Origin: an uncultured Actinomycetes bacterium | Lineage (GTDB): Bacteria; Actinomycetota; UBA4738; HRBIN12 | Assembly (NCBI GenBank): GCA_963705545.1 | Contig: CAVPJX010000001.1 | Span: forward strand, 1,443,377-1,507,376 | Direction of reading: 5' to 3' | Length of the DNA: 64,000 nucleotides | Part shown: in pieces, positions 1-9,838 of the stretch | Layout of the letters: each line of letters opens with the position of its first letter | How positions within the stretch are numbered: the first letter of the stretch is position 1 | The notes under the pieces: model-generated | Seen by the model: the letters and a program-made list of their open reading frames with translations, nothing else | Databases searched by the model: none | What the model was told of the DNA's origin: nothing | Position numbers and translations under genes: made by a program

Positions 1-1229
1 ACGTGATGCCTCCCCCGGGCCAGACGTACACCGGGGCGCCGCCGCACGTCACGCGCGTGAGGGTCCGGTTCACCGCACGCGTGAGCGCCACCGGGTTGAC
101 GGTCGCGCCGGCCCGGAGCGAGCCTCCGGCGCCGGCCATGAACAGCACCGAGGTCATCGCCGGCTCGCAGTTCTCGGCGATCCGCTCGACCGACTGCTGC
201 AGGTCGTCGGGGAGCGGATAGGGCACGGGCCGGAGCTCGTCGTCGAGCACGAAGTACGCGTGATGCTCGCCCGTCGTCCCGATCATCAGCAGCGTCATGC
301 CCGGGCGCGCGACCGCCGGGTCGAAGTCGTTCAGGATCGAAAGGGGGTCCTCGATGTCGGTCCCACCCCACCCCGTCCCCGGGTTCGCGACGTTGAAGTA
401 CCGGCCCGGCGTCGATCTCCGGCCCTTGACGCGGATCCCGGTCGGCGGGATCTCGAGGAAGCGACCCGCCTGGTGCTCGGATAGGACGCCGGTGATGTGG
501 TCGTCGACGACGACGACCTCGTCAACGTGCTCGAACCACTGCTGCGCGAACATCCCGATCGTGGCCGAACCACATCCGACGCGCATCCGCTCCTCGACGA
601 TGCCGTTGATGCGCGGCGGCTTCCCGGCCTGCAGCACGAGATCGGCTCCGTCGTCGACCGACAGCTCGACGGGTTCCACGTTGCAGAGCGCCAGCAGCGT
701 CTCCATCGTCACGATGCCCTCGCGCTTCGAACCGCCGGTCAGGTGGTTCACGCCGCCGAGGGACAGCATCTGCGACCCGTATTGGCCGGTCGTCACGTGT
801 CCGACCGCCTCGCCCCGCGCCTGCACGATCTGTCGCTCCGCGCCGACGTGGCGATCCGTGTCGATCTTCACATCGACGCCGCAGTAGCTGAAGATCGCCT
901 CCGTCACGACGGTCACGGTGTCGACCCCCTCGATCCTCGCCGAGACGATGAAGGGCGCCGGCTTGTAGTCGGGGTACGTCGTCCCGGAGCCCGCGCCGGT
1001 GACGAACACGTCGGCCGCCGGGAGGAGCTCGCCCTCCCAATCCCCCTCGCGCGCGGCGAACGGGACGAGGGCACCGCCCCGCTCCCTCGTCCGCTCCAGC
1101 ACGAGCAGCGGGTCGACCCGGACCAGCTCGCCCTCGACGTTGCCGTACCGGTCGCACGACCCGGTCCGGCCCGGGCTTGATCACGCAGCGGATGGGGCAC
1201 GCGTCGCAGACGACGGTGTCCTCGTTCAT
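1..1229 (-). CDS. hnr: 6-hydroxynicotinate reductase-like Fe-S flavoprotein; 3' end runs off the window; apparent +1 frameshift at ~1170-1172
   Basis: ATG at 1229 overlaps the upstream stop (ATGA). Reads MNEDTVVCDACPIRCVIKPG, then one base out of frame continues RTGSCDRYGNVEGELVRVDP...GSGTTYPDYKPAPFIVS...VTEAIFSYCG...YGSQMLSLGG...MRVGCGSATIGMFA...RSTPGRYF...GAGGSLRAG...VWPGGGIT, motifs I recognise from Hnr homologues. The main frame is absent from the ORF track. Confidence 0.85.
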
Positions 1230-3967
1230 CGCGCCCCCCCTGCCGCGATCGCCGCGAGCACCCGGTCGGGCGTGGCCGGCAGCCGCCGGATCCCCGAACC
1301 GACGGCGTCGCGGATCGCGTTCAGGATCGCCGGCGCGGTGGGGACGAGGGCGTGCTCCCCGATCCCCTTCGCGCCGTACGGCCCGACCGGGTCGACCGAC
1401 TCGACGAGGACGCAGACGACCTCGGGGACGTCGCCGATCGTCGGGATCAGGTAGTCGTGCAGGTTCTCGTTCCGACCCGGGACGAACTCCTCCATCAGGG
1501 CCATGCCGATCCCCTGCGCGACCCCGCCCGCGATCTGCCCCTCGATCAGGGTCGGGTTCACCGCCCGGCCCACGTCGTGCGCAGCCGTGACCCGCACCAG
1601 CCGCACGAGCCCGAGCTCCAGGTCGACCTCCAGCTCGGCGAGATGCGCGCCGAAGCCGAACTGCGCGTACGGCACGCCCTGGCCGTTCTCGTCGAGCGGC
1701 TGCGTCGGCGGGTCGTACGTGGCGCTGCTCGTGGCCACCATCCCGTCGTCCCCGGTGAACAACGTGCGCAGGTCCACGGTCCTCGTGGTCCCGCGGTCGT
1801 GGGTGATCAGTCGCGGTCCGTCGAGCTCGAGATGCGCGGACTCCGATGCATCGGCCAGCACGAGCAGCCGGCTGCGGAGCCGCGTCCCCGCCAGGAAGGT
1901 GGCGTTGCCCGAGACGAACGTCTGGCGTGAGGCCGAGCTCTTCCCGGCGTCGGGTGTGACGTCGGTATCGGCCCCGAGGAGCTCGATGCAGCCGATCCCG
2001 ACGCCGATCGCGTCCGCGCAGATCTGCGCCATCACGGTGTTCGCGCCCTGGCCCATGTCGACCGCGCCCTGGTGCAGGACGACGCGGCCGTCCTCGCGGA
2101 GGCCCACCTTGATCGTCGAGGGGTTCGGGAGCGCCGTGTTGCCGCACCCGTACCACATGCCCGCCAGGCCGAACCCGCGGCGGCGTGCGGGTCCCCGGAT
2201 CGCGTTCGCCTCGACGGCCTCTTCGCGCGCCCGGGCCCAGTGCGGCCGCAGGGCGTCGAGGCAATCGCGGAACCCGACGCCGCCTTCGAACACCTGACCG
2301 GTCACGGTCGGTTGGCCCGCGACCAGGGCGTTCTTGTAGCGGAACTCCAGCCGATCCATCCCGACGGCGTCGGCGAGCTCGTCGAACAGGCACTCCTGGG
2401 CGATCGTGGATTGCGGCACGCCGAACCCGCGGAAGGCGCCGGCCGGCGGTCCGTTCGTGTGGACGGCGACGGTCTGCGCGCGGTACGCGTCGTAGCGGTA
2501 CGGCCCACCGGCGTGCACCGGAACGCGGTTCGCGACCGTCGGTCCCCACGACGCGTACGCCCCCGTGTCGAACTCACCCAGGAAGTCCATCGCCACGAGG
2601 CGTCCGTCGCGGGTCGCGCCGATCCGCAGGTCCATGCGCGCCGGATGGCGCTTCGTCGTCGACGCCATCGACTCCGGTCGCGTGTACGTGAGCCGCACCG
2701 GTCGCCCGAGCTTCCAGGCGGCGAGCGCGAGGTACGGCTGGACGGAGAGATCGAGCTTGCTGCCGAACCCACCCCCCACCGCCGTCGGCTCGATCCTGAC
2801 GGCGCCGTCCGGCAGACCGAGGATCGCCTCGAGCTCGGTGCGGTCCAGATGCGGGGACTGCGTCGTCACTTGGACCTCGACCCGGTCCCCGACGCGCCGC
2901 GCGGACCCGGCCTCGGGTTCGATGTAGGCGTGCTCGACGAACACCGTCTCGAACCGGCCCTCCACCTCGACCACGGCCCCGTCGAACGCGGGCTCGAGGT
3001 CTCCGCGCCGGACGAGACCCCGGATCAGGACGTTGCCCTCCCGATCCGGGTGGATCCGCGGCGCTTCGTCGGTTCGCGCCTCGTCGATCGACAGCACGGG
3101 TGGGAGCTCGCTCCAGGTGACGGGGAAGGTCGACAGGTCGATCGAGGCCATCGCCTCGGCGTCGCCCACGACCATCGCCACGGCCTCGCCGCGGAACCGC
3201 ACCTCGCCCTCGGCGAACACCGGTTGGTCGGCGAACGACGGGATCACGCCGAACCGGTTGCGCCCGGGGACGTCGGTGGCGCAGTAGACGTCGACGATCC
3301 CTGGGTGTGCCCCGACGAAGGCGCGGAGGTCTCCCAGCTCGAACGCGGCGCGATGGAACGGCGAGCGGATGATCCGGATCTCGAGCGCGTCCTCAGGTAC
3401 CTCGTCGGCTCCGAACGCCTCCGACCCGTCGACCTTGCGGGGCCCGTCCACGCGGGGGAGGCGATGGCCGACGGCCTTGCCGGCGGGCGGGGGCGACTCG
3501 GCCTCCTCCTCCGTCGCGTTCGCGCTCACCACCGCCTCGAGGATCGACCGATACCCCGTGCACCGACACAGCACGCCGCCCAGCGCATCCTTCACCTGCG
3601 TCTCCGTCGGACGCGGCTCGATCCGCAGCAGCGCCGCCGCCGACACGAGCATCCCCGGCGTGCAGATCCCGCACTGCGCGGCGCCGGTGCGGAGGAAGGA
3701 AGCCTGGAGCGCCGCGACCTCCCCCGAGGCATGGAGACCCTCGAGGGTCTCCACCCGTCGCCCGTCCAGGCGACCGACCGGCACCATGCACGCGCAGACG
3801 GGCTCGCCGTCGAGCAGGACCGTGCAGGCGCCACAGTCTCCGGCTTCGCAGCCGACCTTCGTGGCCGTGAGGGCGAGCCGCTCTCGGAGCAGGTCGCTCA
3901 GGCGCGTCGCCGATCGAGGGGCTTCGACCCGCACGCCGTTCACCTCGAACGCGACGGGCGTGCTCAC
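1226..3967 (-). CDS. Xanthine/nicotinate dehydrogenase-family molybdoenzyme with the 2x[2Fe-2S] small subunit fused to the molybdopterin-binding subunit
   Basis: 913 aa. N-terminal GCEAGDCGAC, QCGICTPG and CRC Fe-S motifs; Mo-domain motifs HAYIEPE, GGGFGSK, AFRGFG and AKGIGE. Confidence 0.93.
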   Translation of the reverse strand: MSTPVAFEVNGVRVEAPRSATRLSDLLRERLALTATKVGCEAGDCGACTVLLDGEPVCACMVPVGRLDGRRVETLEGLHASGEVAALQASFLRTGAAQCGICTPGMLVSAAALLRIEPRPTETQVKDALGGVLCRCTGYRSILEAVVSANATEEEAESPPPAGKAVGHRLPRVDGPRKVDGSEAFGADEVPEDALEIRIIRSPFHRAAFELGDLRAFVGAHPGIVDVYCATDVPGRNRFGVIPSFADQPVFAEGEVRFRGEAVAMVVGDAEAMASIDLSTFPVTWSELPPVLSIDEARTDEAPRIHPDREGNVLIRGLVRRGDLEPAFDGAVVEVEGRFETVFVEHAYIEPEAGSARRVGDRVEVQVTTQSPHLDRTELEAILGLPDGAVRIEPTAVGGGFGSKLDLSVQPYLALAAWKLGRPVRLTYTRPESMASTTKRHPARMDLRIGATRDGRLVAMDFLGEFDTGAYASWGPTVANRVPVHAGGPYRYDAYRAQTVAVHTNGPPAGAFRGFGVPQSTIAQECLFDELADAVGMDRLEFRYKNALVAGQPTVTGQVFEGGVGFRDCLDALRPHWARAREEAVEANAIRGPARRRGFGLAGMWYGCGNTALPNPSTIKVGLREDGRVVLHQGAVDMGQGANTVMAQICADAIGVGIGCIELLGADTDVTPDAGKSSASRQTFVSGNATFLAGTRLRSRLLVLADASESAHLELDGPRLITHDRGTTRTVDLRTLFTGDDGMVATSSATYDPPTQPLDENGQGVPYAQFGFGAHLAELEVDLELGLVRLVRVTAAHDVGRAVNPTLIEGQIAGGVAQGIGMALMEEFVPGRNENLHDYLIPTIGDVPEVVCVLVESVDPVGPYGAKGIGEHALVPTAPAILNAIRDAVGSGIRRLPATPDRVLAAIAAGGAR

Positions 3968-4806
3968 GTGGGATCACCTCCGCACGCCGCGAGCACCCGC
4001 GCGACCAGGATCGCCGCGGCATCCAGCCGGTACGCCGCCGTCGCCCGCACGTCGTCGATCGGCTCGAGCATCGACAGGTGATCGCGGATCGTCGCCGTCG
4101 GGATGCCCTCGACCTCAACCGCCGGCCGACCGCGAAGCTCGTCCTCTAACGAACGGATCCGGCGAGCCACCGGTGAGCAGGCGCCGACCGCGATCCTCGC
4201 CGTCGCGACCGACCCATCCGCATCCAGGCCGATCACCGCGGCCACCATCACCACCGAGATCACCAGGTAGCGACGCAGGCCGAGCTTGCGGAACGCCGAG
4301 CGAGCATCGTCGATCGGCGGGACGAGCACCGCGGTCAGGAGCTCGTCGGCACCGAGCGCCGTCGCGCGGTAGCCGGTCAGGAACGCCTCGAGCGGCAGCA
4401 CGCGCACGCCGACCGCAGACGTCAGCTCGACGGACGCGTCGAGCGTCAAGAGCGGCGGGACCCCGTCGGCCGCCGGCGACGCGTTGCACAGGTTGCCGCC
4501 GATCGTCGCCGCGTGCTGGATCTGGATCCCGCCCACCTCTCCGGCGGCCGCCCGGAGCCCGTCGAAGCACGCGGGCAGGGGGGCGATGGCCAGGTCCGCC
4601 CACCGGGTCAGCGCGCCGATCCGGTACGTGTCCCCCCCGCGAGCGATGCCGCGGAGCTCGGCGAGCCCCCCGATGTCGAGCACGGGTCGGGGCAGCGGAC
4701 GTCCCACGTGCTGCGCGTAGACGTCGGTGCCACCGGCCAGCACCGAGACCCCCGCGGCCCGCATCTCGATGGCGGCGGCGAGATCGTCCGGAACCAGGTA
4801 GTCGAC
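3964..4806 (-). CDS. FAD-binding medium subunit of a xanthine/nicotinate dehydrogenase-family enzyme
   Basis: LAGGTD, ATIGGNLCNASPAAD and PIDDVRATAAYR motifs; GTGA overlap with the next gene. Homology (DYLVPDDLAAAIE) extends upstream of the ATG at 4764 to a GTC at 4806 lying 8 nt after GGGGAGG, so the start is uncertain. Confidence 0.88.
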   Translation of the reverse strand, partial: VDYLVPDDLAAAIEMRAAGVSVLAGGTDVYAQHVGRPLPRPVLDIGGLAELRGIARGGDTYRIGALTRWADLAIAPLPACFDGLRAAAGEVGGIQIQHAATIGGNLCNASPAADGVPPLLTLDASVELTSAVGVRVLPLEAFLTGYRATALGADELLTAVLVPPIDDARSAFRKLGLRRYLVISVVMVAAVIGLDADGSVATARIAVGACSPVARRIRSLEDELRGRPAVEVEGIPTATIRDHLSMLEPIDDVRATAAYRLDAAAILVARVLAACGGDPT

Positions 4807-4882
4807 GGCCCAGCCCTCCCCGATCGCCCTGAGGCAGCAGCTTACCGACCGGGGTCCCCCCGGCGCGCGACGGGCGTCGCGC

Positions 4883-4912
4883 TTGACAACGGCGGCGCGA
4901 GGCCACTACGTA
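4883..4912 (+). promoter_or_regulatory. Possible sigma70-type promoter for the aldolase gene
   Basis: Perfect TTGACA at 4883-4888; imperfect -10 TACGTA at 4907-4912, 7 nt before the GTG at 4920. Confidence 0.4.
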
Positions 4913-4919
4913 GGCGCTC

Positions 4920-5732
4920 GTGCCGACGAACCGGACGAAACGGATCCTCGACGACGGCGGCGTCGCCCTCGGCGTGATGATCTTCGAGATGGCGACGTCC
5001 GGCGTCGGCCGCCTGGCCGCGGGTGCCGGAGCCGACTTCGTCCTGCTCGACCTCGAGCACACGGGGTGGTCGCTCGACCGCGTCGGGCCCGTCCTCGCGG
5101 CGATGCGGGCCGACGAGGTCACGCCGCTCGTGCGCGTCCCGGCGACCGTCCCCCACCTGATCGCCGGCAGTCTCGACGCGGGCGCGCTCGGGGTGATGAT
5201 CCCGATGGTGACCGACGAACGACTGGCCGCGACCGCCGTCCGCGCCGCGAAGTTCCCGCCGGACGGAGCGAGAGGGTACGGACTGCTCTTCCGCGACCAA
5301 GCGCATCCGGACGGCATGGGCGCCACGATGCGGTCGGCGAACGAGGAGACCCTGATGATCGTCCAGATCGAGACGGTCGAGGCCCTCGATCGGGTCGACG
5401 CGATCGCCCACACGCCCGGCGTGGACGTCGTCTGGGTCGGCCAGTACGACCTCTCGGCCTCGATGGGGATCCCCGGGGAGTTCGACCACGAGCGGATGCG
5501 GGAGGCCGACGAACGGGTGCTCGCCGCCTGTCACGAGCACGGCCGCGCGGCCGGCATGCTCGCGGGCGGCACGGATCACGCGGACTCGCTGATCGAGCGC
5601 GGCTTCCGATGCGTCGCGGTCGCGAACGACATCCAGCTCTTCGACCGAGGGCTTACGCGCGCGCTCGAGGCCGCGCGCCGCCGGCTTCGGGGACGGCGAG
5701 GAGGATCGGATCCCGGAGAGCGGACCCCTTAG
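4920..5732 (+). CDS. HpcH/HpaI family class II aldolase
   Basis: DFVLLDLEH, LVRVP, GVMIPMV, FPPDGARG, IVQIET and VWVGQYDLSASMG motifs. Confidence 0.9.
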   Translation: MPTNRTKRILDDGGVALGVMIFEMATSGVGRLAAGAGADFVLLDLEHTGWSLDRVGPVLAAMRADEVTPLVRVPATVPHLIAGSLDAGALGVMIPMVTDERLAATAVRAAKFPPDGARGYGLLFRDQAHPDGMGATMRSANEETLMIVQIETVEALDRVDAIAHTPGVDVVWVGQYDLSASMGIPGEFDHERMREADERVLAACHEHGRAAGMLAGGTDHADSLIERGFRCVAVANDIQLFDRGLTRALEAARRRLRGRRGGSDPGERTP

Positions 5733-7369
5733 CGCTTCGCGCCTCGGTGGGCTGCGCCCGACTGATCTCCTTCGCAGATCGCCCCGTTCACCAACGTGAT
5801 CCGTTTCGCCCGCGCCTTGTACTCGCCGCGCGTCCGCCCGATGAACGCTCGGTAGTCCCCGTGCTCATCCGTGGACGTCGTGGTGACCCAAACCCAGTCA
5901 CCATGCCGATGCCGCTTGATCACCACCGGCACGTTCGTGGCGCACGCCTCGTAGCCGTCGTCGACGCTCACGTGCCCGGACGCGTGACGCCGTGAGACGG
6001 CGATGGAGACGTTCCGGTCATGACCCCCTCCGCCGCCGCCTTGCACCACGAAGTCCGACCCGCTCGTCGCCGTCCCTGATGATGTGGTGACGGTGATCCT
6101 GCCGGTCGTCGCGCCCTGCGGGACGGTCGCGATCACCCGTCCGTCGTTCACGAAGCTGTAGTTGGCCGACGCACCGTTGAACCGCACCGACGTCACACCG
6201 GTGAACCGGTTCCCGTTGATCGTCACCGCGGTCCCTGGGTTCCCACCGGATGGCGAGAAGCTGCTGATCGACGGTGCGTTCCCCGTGACGGTGAAGTTCG
6301 AGGAGCTCGTGGCGGTTCCGGTGGGTGTCGTCAGCGTGATCCTGCCGGTCGTCGCGCCCGACGGAACGGTTGCCATCACCCTGCCGGCGTTCTGGAAGCT
6401 GAAGCTGGCGGAGACCCCATTGAACCTCACCCCGTTGACCCCGGTGAAGTTGCTCCCGTTGATCGTGACCGAGGTGCCGACCGGGCCGCTCGTCGGCGAG
6501 AAGTTGCTGATCGACGGCTGGCTTCCCTGGGTCACGGTGAAGTTCGAGGAGCTCGTCGCGGTTCCCGCCGGTGTCGTGAGCGTGATCCTGCCGGTCGATG
6601 CGCCGGACGGAACGGTGGCCATCACCCTGCCGGCGTTCTGGAAGCTGAAGACGGCTCCGACCCCATTGAACCTCACCCCGTTGACGCCGGTGAAGTTGCT
6701 CCCGTTGATCGTGACCGAGGTGCCGACCGGGCCGCTCGTCGGCGAGAAGTTGCTGATCGACGGCTGGCTTCCCTGGGTCACGGTGAAGTTCGAGGAGCTC
6801 GTGGCGGTTCCGGCCGTCGTCGTCAGCGTGATCCTCCCGGTCGTCGCGCCCGACGGCACCGTGGCATTCACCTGCACATCGGAGATGAAGTTGAAGGTTG
6901 CGGAGACGCCGTTGAACCTCACCCCGTTGACTCCCGTGAGATGCGAGCCGCTGATCGCAACCTGGGTCCCCGCCGATCCAGACGTCGGGGTGAAGCCTGA
7001 GATGATCGGTGCGACGGGGGCGACCGGGACGACGAAGTCGTTGACGCTGAAGCCAGTTCCCTCCGAGGTGGTGACCGAGACCTTCCCCGTGGTCGCGCCG
7101 ACCGGCACGGTCGCCATCAGGTGCTGGTCGTCGGAGACGTTGTAGGTCGTTCCGATGTTGTTGAATCTGACCGACGTCACCCCCATGGTCCCACCGGTGA
7201 AACCAGAGCCCGTCACGGTGACGATCGTCCCGGGCGGCCCGCTCGTCGGGTTGAACGATCCGACGATGGGCGCGGCAGCCGACGCGGGGACCGCGGTGAC
7301 GGCGAGGAATGCGACAGCCGAAAGCGAGACGATCGCTCCACGGGTGAACGAACGCACGTTGGACGTCAT
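5729..7369 (-). CDS. Secreted protein with five tandem IPT/TIG domains and a C-terminal beta-rich domain
   Basis: RBS GGGAGG; signal peptide ending PASA; five repeats of P.I..F.PTSG..GT.VTI.G..FTGV..VRFNG...ATVP.GATTGRI..TT..GTATS...F.V. Confidence 0.9.
   Translation of the reverse strand: MTSNVRSFTRGAIVSLSAVAFLAVTAVPASAAAPIVGSFNPTSGPPGTIVTVTGSGFTGGTMGVTSVRFNNIGTTYNVSDDQHLMATVPVGATTGKVSVTTSEGTGFSVNDFVVPVAPVAPIISGFTPTSGSAGTQVAISGSHLTGVNGVRFNGVSATFNFISDVQVNATVPSGATTGRITLTTTAGTATSSSNFTVTQGSQPSISNFSPTSGPVGTSVTINGSNFTGVNGVRFNGVGAVFSFQNAGRVMATVPSGASTGRITLTTPAGTATSSSNFTVTQGSQPSISNFSPTSGPVGTSVTINGSNFTGVNGVRFNGVSASFSFQNAGRVMATVPSGATTGRITLTTPTGTATSSSNFTVTGNAPSISSFSPSGGNPGTAVTINGNRFTGVTSVRFNGASANYSFVNDGRVIATVPQGATTGRITVTTSSGTATSGSDFVVQGGGGGGHDRNVSIAVSRRHASGHVSVDDGYEACATNVPVVIKRHRHGDWVWVTTTSTDEHGDYRAFIGRTRGEYKARAKRITLVNGAICEGDQSGAAHRGAKR
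6290..6800. repeat. Near-identical 246-bp tandem duplication (IPT repeats 3 and 4)
   Basis: The same sequence AAGTTGCTGATCGACGGCTGGCTTCCCTGGGTCACGGTGAAGTTCGAGGAGCTCGT occurs at 6501 and 6747 (period 246 bp = 82 aa). Confidence 0.85.
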
Positions 7370-7529
7370 CTCGACCCCTCCCCGGCTCGAGACCCGGGAC
7401 GTCGGCGCGGTCCGGCACTCGTCCCGAGCGATGGACCTGCCGGCCATCATGGAGCAGCCCGAACGGAGAACACAAGGGGCCGAACGGCCACTTGGAGGGC
7501 CGGATACGGAGCCAGGCTATCCTGCGACG

Positions 7530-8441
7530 ATGCCTGTCCGGATCGGCGTCCAGCTACCCGAGGTCGAGCGCGACGTGCGCTGGCCGGAGTACCTCTCGAT
7601 GGCGCGCGCCGCCGAGGAGGTCGGGTTCGATTCGATCTGGATGGGCGACCACCTGCTCTACCGGGATGACGGACGTCGCGAGCGCGGACCCTGGGAGGCG
7701 TGGACGTTGCTGGCGGCGCTCGCGGCCGCCACCGAGCGGGTCCGGCTCGGCCCACTCGTCGCCTGCGCCGCGTTCCACCCGCCGGGGTTGCTGGCGAAGA
7801 TGGCTGCAACGATCCACGAGCTGAGCGGCGGGCGATTCGTCCTCGGGCTCGGCGCCGGGTGGAACCGGACCGAGTTCGACGCCTTCGGGATCCCGTTCGA
7901 TCATCGCGTCTCCCGATTCGAGGAGGCGTTCGCGATCGTCCGCGGGCTGCTCGCCGGCGAGCGGATGACGTTCGACGGACGGTTCCACCGGGTCGATGAC
8001 GCGGTGCTCCTGCCGGTGCCGGCTCGACGACCGACGCTGATGATCGGCAGCGACGGCGAACGGGTGCTTCGGATCGCCCTCCCGTTCGTGGACGCCTGGA
8101 ACACGTGGTACGACCGCTACGGGAACACGCCGGAGGGGTTCGCTGCGCTCAACGCGCGGATCGACGACGCGGCGGTCAGCGCGGGTCGAGCTCCGCACGA
8201 CATCGTGCGGAGCGCCTGCATCCGCGTGGTGCTGGATCGATCGGCCGACGAGCGGCCGGTCGATCCGGCGTGTCCGCCGCTCGAGGGCTCCGCCGACCGG
8301 ATCGCCGACGGGATCCGTGCGATCGCGCAGGCCGGCGCCGACGAGGCGATCCTGGTCGTCACGCCGATCGACGAGCGGTCGATCCGGGAGCTGGCTGAGG
8401 TGCTGTCGCTGCTCGAGCGGGAGCGGCGAGCCGGACCCTGA
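7530..8441 (+). CDS. LLM class flavin/F420-dependent oxidoreductase
   Basis: AEEVGFDSIWMGDH, LAALAAATERVRLG and GGRFVLGLGAGW motifs; ATG at 7530 lies 6 nt after TATCCT (leaderless). Confidence 0.9.
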   Translation: MPVRIGVQLPEVERDVRWPEYLSMARAAEEVGFDSIWMGDHLLYRDDGRRERGPWEAWTLLAALAAATERVRLGPLVACAAFHPPGLLAKMAATIHELSGGRFVLGLGAGWNRTEFDAFGIPFDHRVSRFEEAFAIVRGLLAGERMTFDGRFHRVDDAVLLPVPARRPTLMIGSDGERVLRIALPFVDAWNTWYDRYGNTPEGFAALNARIDDAAVSAGRAPHDIVRSACIRVVLDRSADERPVDPACPPLEGSADRIADGIRAIAQAGADEAILVVTPIDERSIRELAEVLSLLERERRAGP

Positions 8442-8463
8442 CCGGGCGGGCACCCCGGAGCGC

Positions 8464-9330
8464 CTACGCCTCGCAGGCCTCGACCGTCTCCCCGGCGACG
8501 CACGTATCGGTGCCGTTCCCGCCGGCGAGGGCGTCGCCGCCCGGTCCCCCGTCGAGGAGATCGTCGCCGTCGCCGGACGTCGGGAGGAAGAAGTCGCCCC
8601 AGATCTCGTCGTTCCCCGCGTCGCCGAAGAGCTCGTCGTCGCCCACCTGACCGTAGATCGTGTCCCCGCCGTCTCCCCCGTGGATCCGGTCACCTCCGTC
8701 CGCGGTCTCGGCGTAGATCGCGTTCCCGTAGATCTCGTCGCCGCCGGCTCCGCCGACGATCGTGTCGACGCCGGCACCACCCTCGAGGGCGTCGTCTCCC
8801 TCGCCACCCACGACGCGGTCGGTCCCCGCCTCGCCGTGCAGGTCGTCCTCCTCGGGACCGCCGATCAGCTCGTCGTCGCCCGCGCCGCCCCGCAGCGTGT
8901 CGCCGCCCGACGCTTCCGCGAGGCCACCGTTCGCGAACAGGCGGTCGCGTCCGGCGCCGCCCTCGAGCCGGTCACCACCCTCCCGCCCGTAGAGCTGGTC
9001 GTTCCCGTGGCCGCCGATCAGGTAATCGGAGTCGGATCCCCCGTCGATCAGGTCGTCGCCCGCGCCCGCGTCCACCCGGTCCGCACCCTCGCCCGCGCAG
9101 ATGCGATCGGCCCCGCCGCCGGCCTGGATCAGGTCCTGGTTGTCGAGGCTCACGATCACGTCCGGACCGGCGGTCCCGTAGATCGTGTTCACGTGATGAT
9201 CCCCGACGATCGTCGCCGGCCGGCCGAAGCACATCGGGCGCGCGAGCGCGGGCGTCGCGAGTTGCACGATCGACGCCGCGAGCGTCATCGCGAGCAGACC
9301 CCGGAGGGATGTCCGGACCGGTCGGGCCAT
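8464..9330 (-). CDS. Secreted RTX/hemolysin-type Ca2+-binding repeat protein
   Basis: Signal peptide, CFGRPATIVG start of the mature region, many GGxGxDxLx nonapeptides, C-terminal DTC...ACE. Confidence 0.88.
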   Translation of the reverse strand: MARPVRTSLRGLLAMTLAASIVQLATPALARPMCFGRPATIVGDHHVNTIYGTAGPDVIVSLDNQDLIQAGGGADRICAGEGADRVDAGAGDDLIDGGSDSDYLIGGHGNDQLYGREGGDRLEGGAGRDRLFANGGLAEASGGDTLRGGAGDDELIGGPEEDDLHGEAGTDRVVGGEGDDALEGGAGVDTIVGGAGGDEIYGNAIYAETADGGDRIHGGDGGDTIYGQVGDDELFGDAGNDEIWGDFFLPTSGDGDDLLDGGPGGDALAGGNGTDTCVAGETVEACEA

Positions 9331-9412
9331 CCCCTTCGATGTCGGCACCCGCGCCCGGCCGCCTTGAGCCCCTCGATCGCGGCCGGCGGCCGTCACGGAG
9401 ATACTGGATCCC

Positions 9413-9838
9413 ATGTTGGGCCCCCTGCGCGTGTCGCGTTCGATCCTGATCCCGGAACGGGAGTTGCGGTGGCGGTTCAGTCACGCGTCGGGACCAGGAG
9501 GCCAGTCCGTGAACACCGCCGATTCGCGCGTCGAGCTCAGCTTCGACGTCGCGGTCAGCTCGGCGTTGGGGCCGGTCCAGCGGAGCCGGGCGCTCGAACG
9601 ACTGGCCGGCCGCCTCGTCGACGGGGTCATCACCGTCTCGACCCAGGAGGAGCGGTCGCAGTTGCGCAACCGCGAGGTCGCTCGAGAACGGCTGGCGGCG
9701 CTCCTCGCCGAGGCGGTCGCTCCACCGCCGCCGCGCCGACGCCCGACGCGGCCGAGCCGCGCCGCGGTCGAGCGCCGCCTGACGGACAAGCGGCGGCGAG
9801 CCCAGACGAAGCGGATGCGACGCGCCGACGACGAGTAG
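9413..9838 (+). CDS. arfB: Alternative ribosome rescue peptidyl-tRNA hydrolase ArfB
   Basis: SGPGGQSVN (GGQ motif), RSQLRNR and a basic C-terminal tail RRPTRPS...RRLTDKRRR. Confidence 0.93.
   Translation: MLGPLRVSRSILIPERELRWRFSHASGPGGQSVNTADSRVELSFDVAVSSALGPVQRSRALERLAGRLVDGVITVSTQEERSQLRNREVARERLAALLAEAVAPPPPRRRPTRPSRAAVERRLTDKRRRAQTKRMRRADDE

Noticed and set aside
522-2549. 675-aa minus-strand ORF, and the many other long Arg/Pro/Gly-rich ORFs in the track
   Set aside because: These are shadow or alternate frames of real genes in high-GC DNA. Only the 20-codon MNEDTVVCDAC segment here is real (the hnr N-terminus).
6290-6800. Tandem repeats considered as a CRISPR array
   Set aside because: They are 246-bp in-frame coding repeats with no unique spacers and no cas genes.
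6162-7145. Repetitive plus-strand ORF (TVKFEELVAVP repeats)
   Set aside because: It is the antisense mirror of the IPT/TIG gene; stop-free antisense frames are expected with this codon bias.
7459-7487. Direct repeat CCGAACGG spaced 21 bp apart in a divergent intergenic region
   Set aside because: Only two 8-bp copies and no adjacent regulator; too weak to call a binding site.
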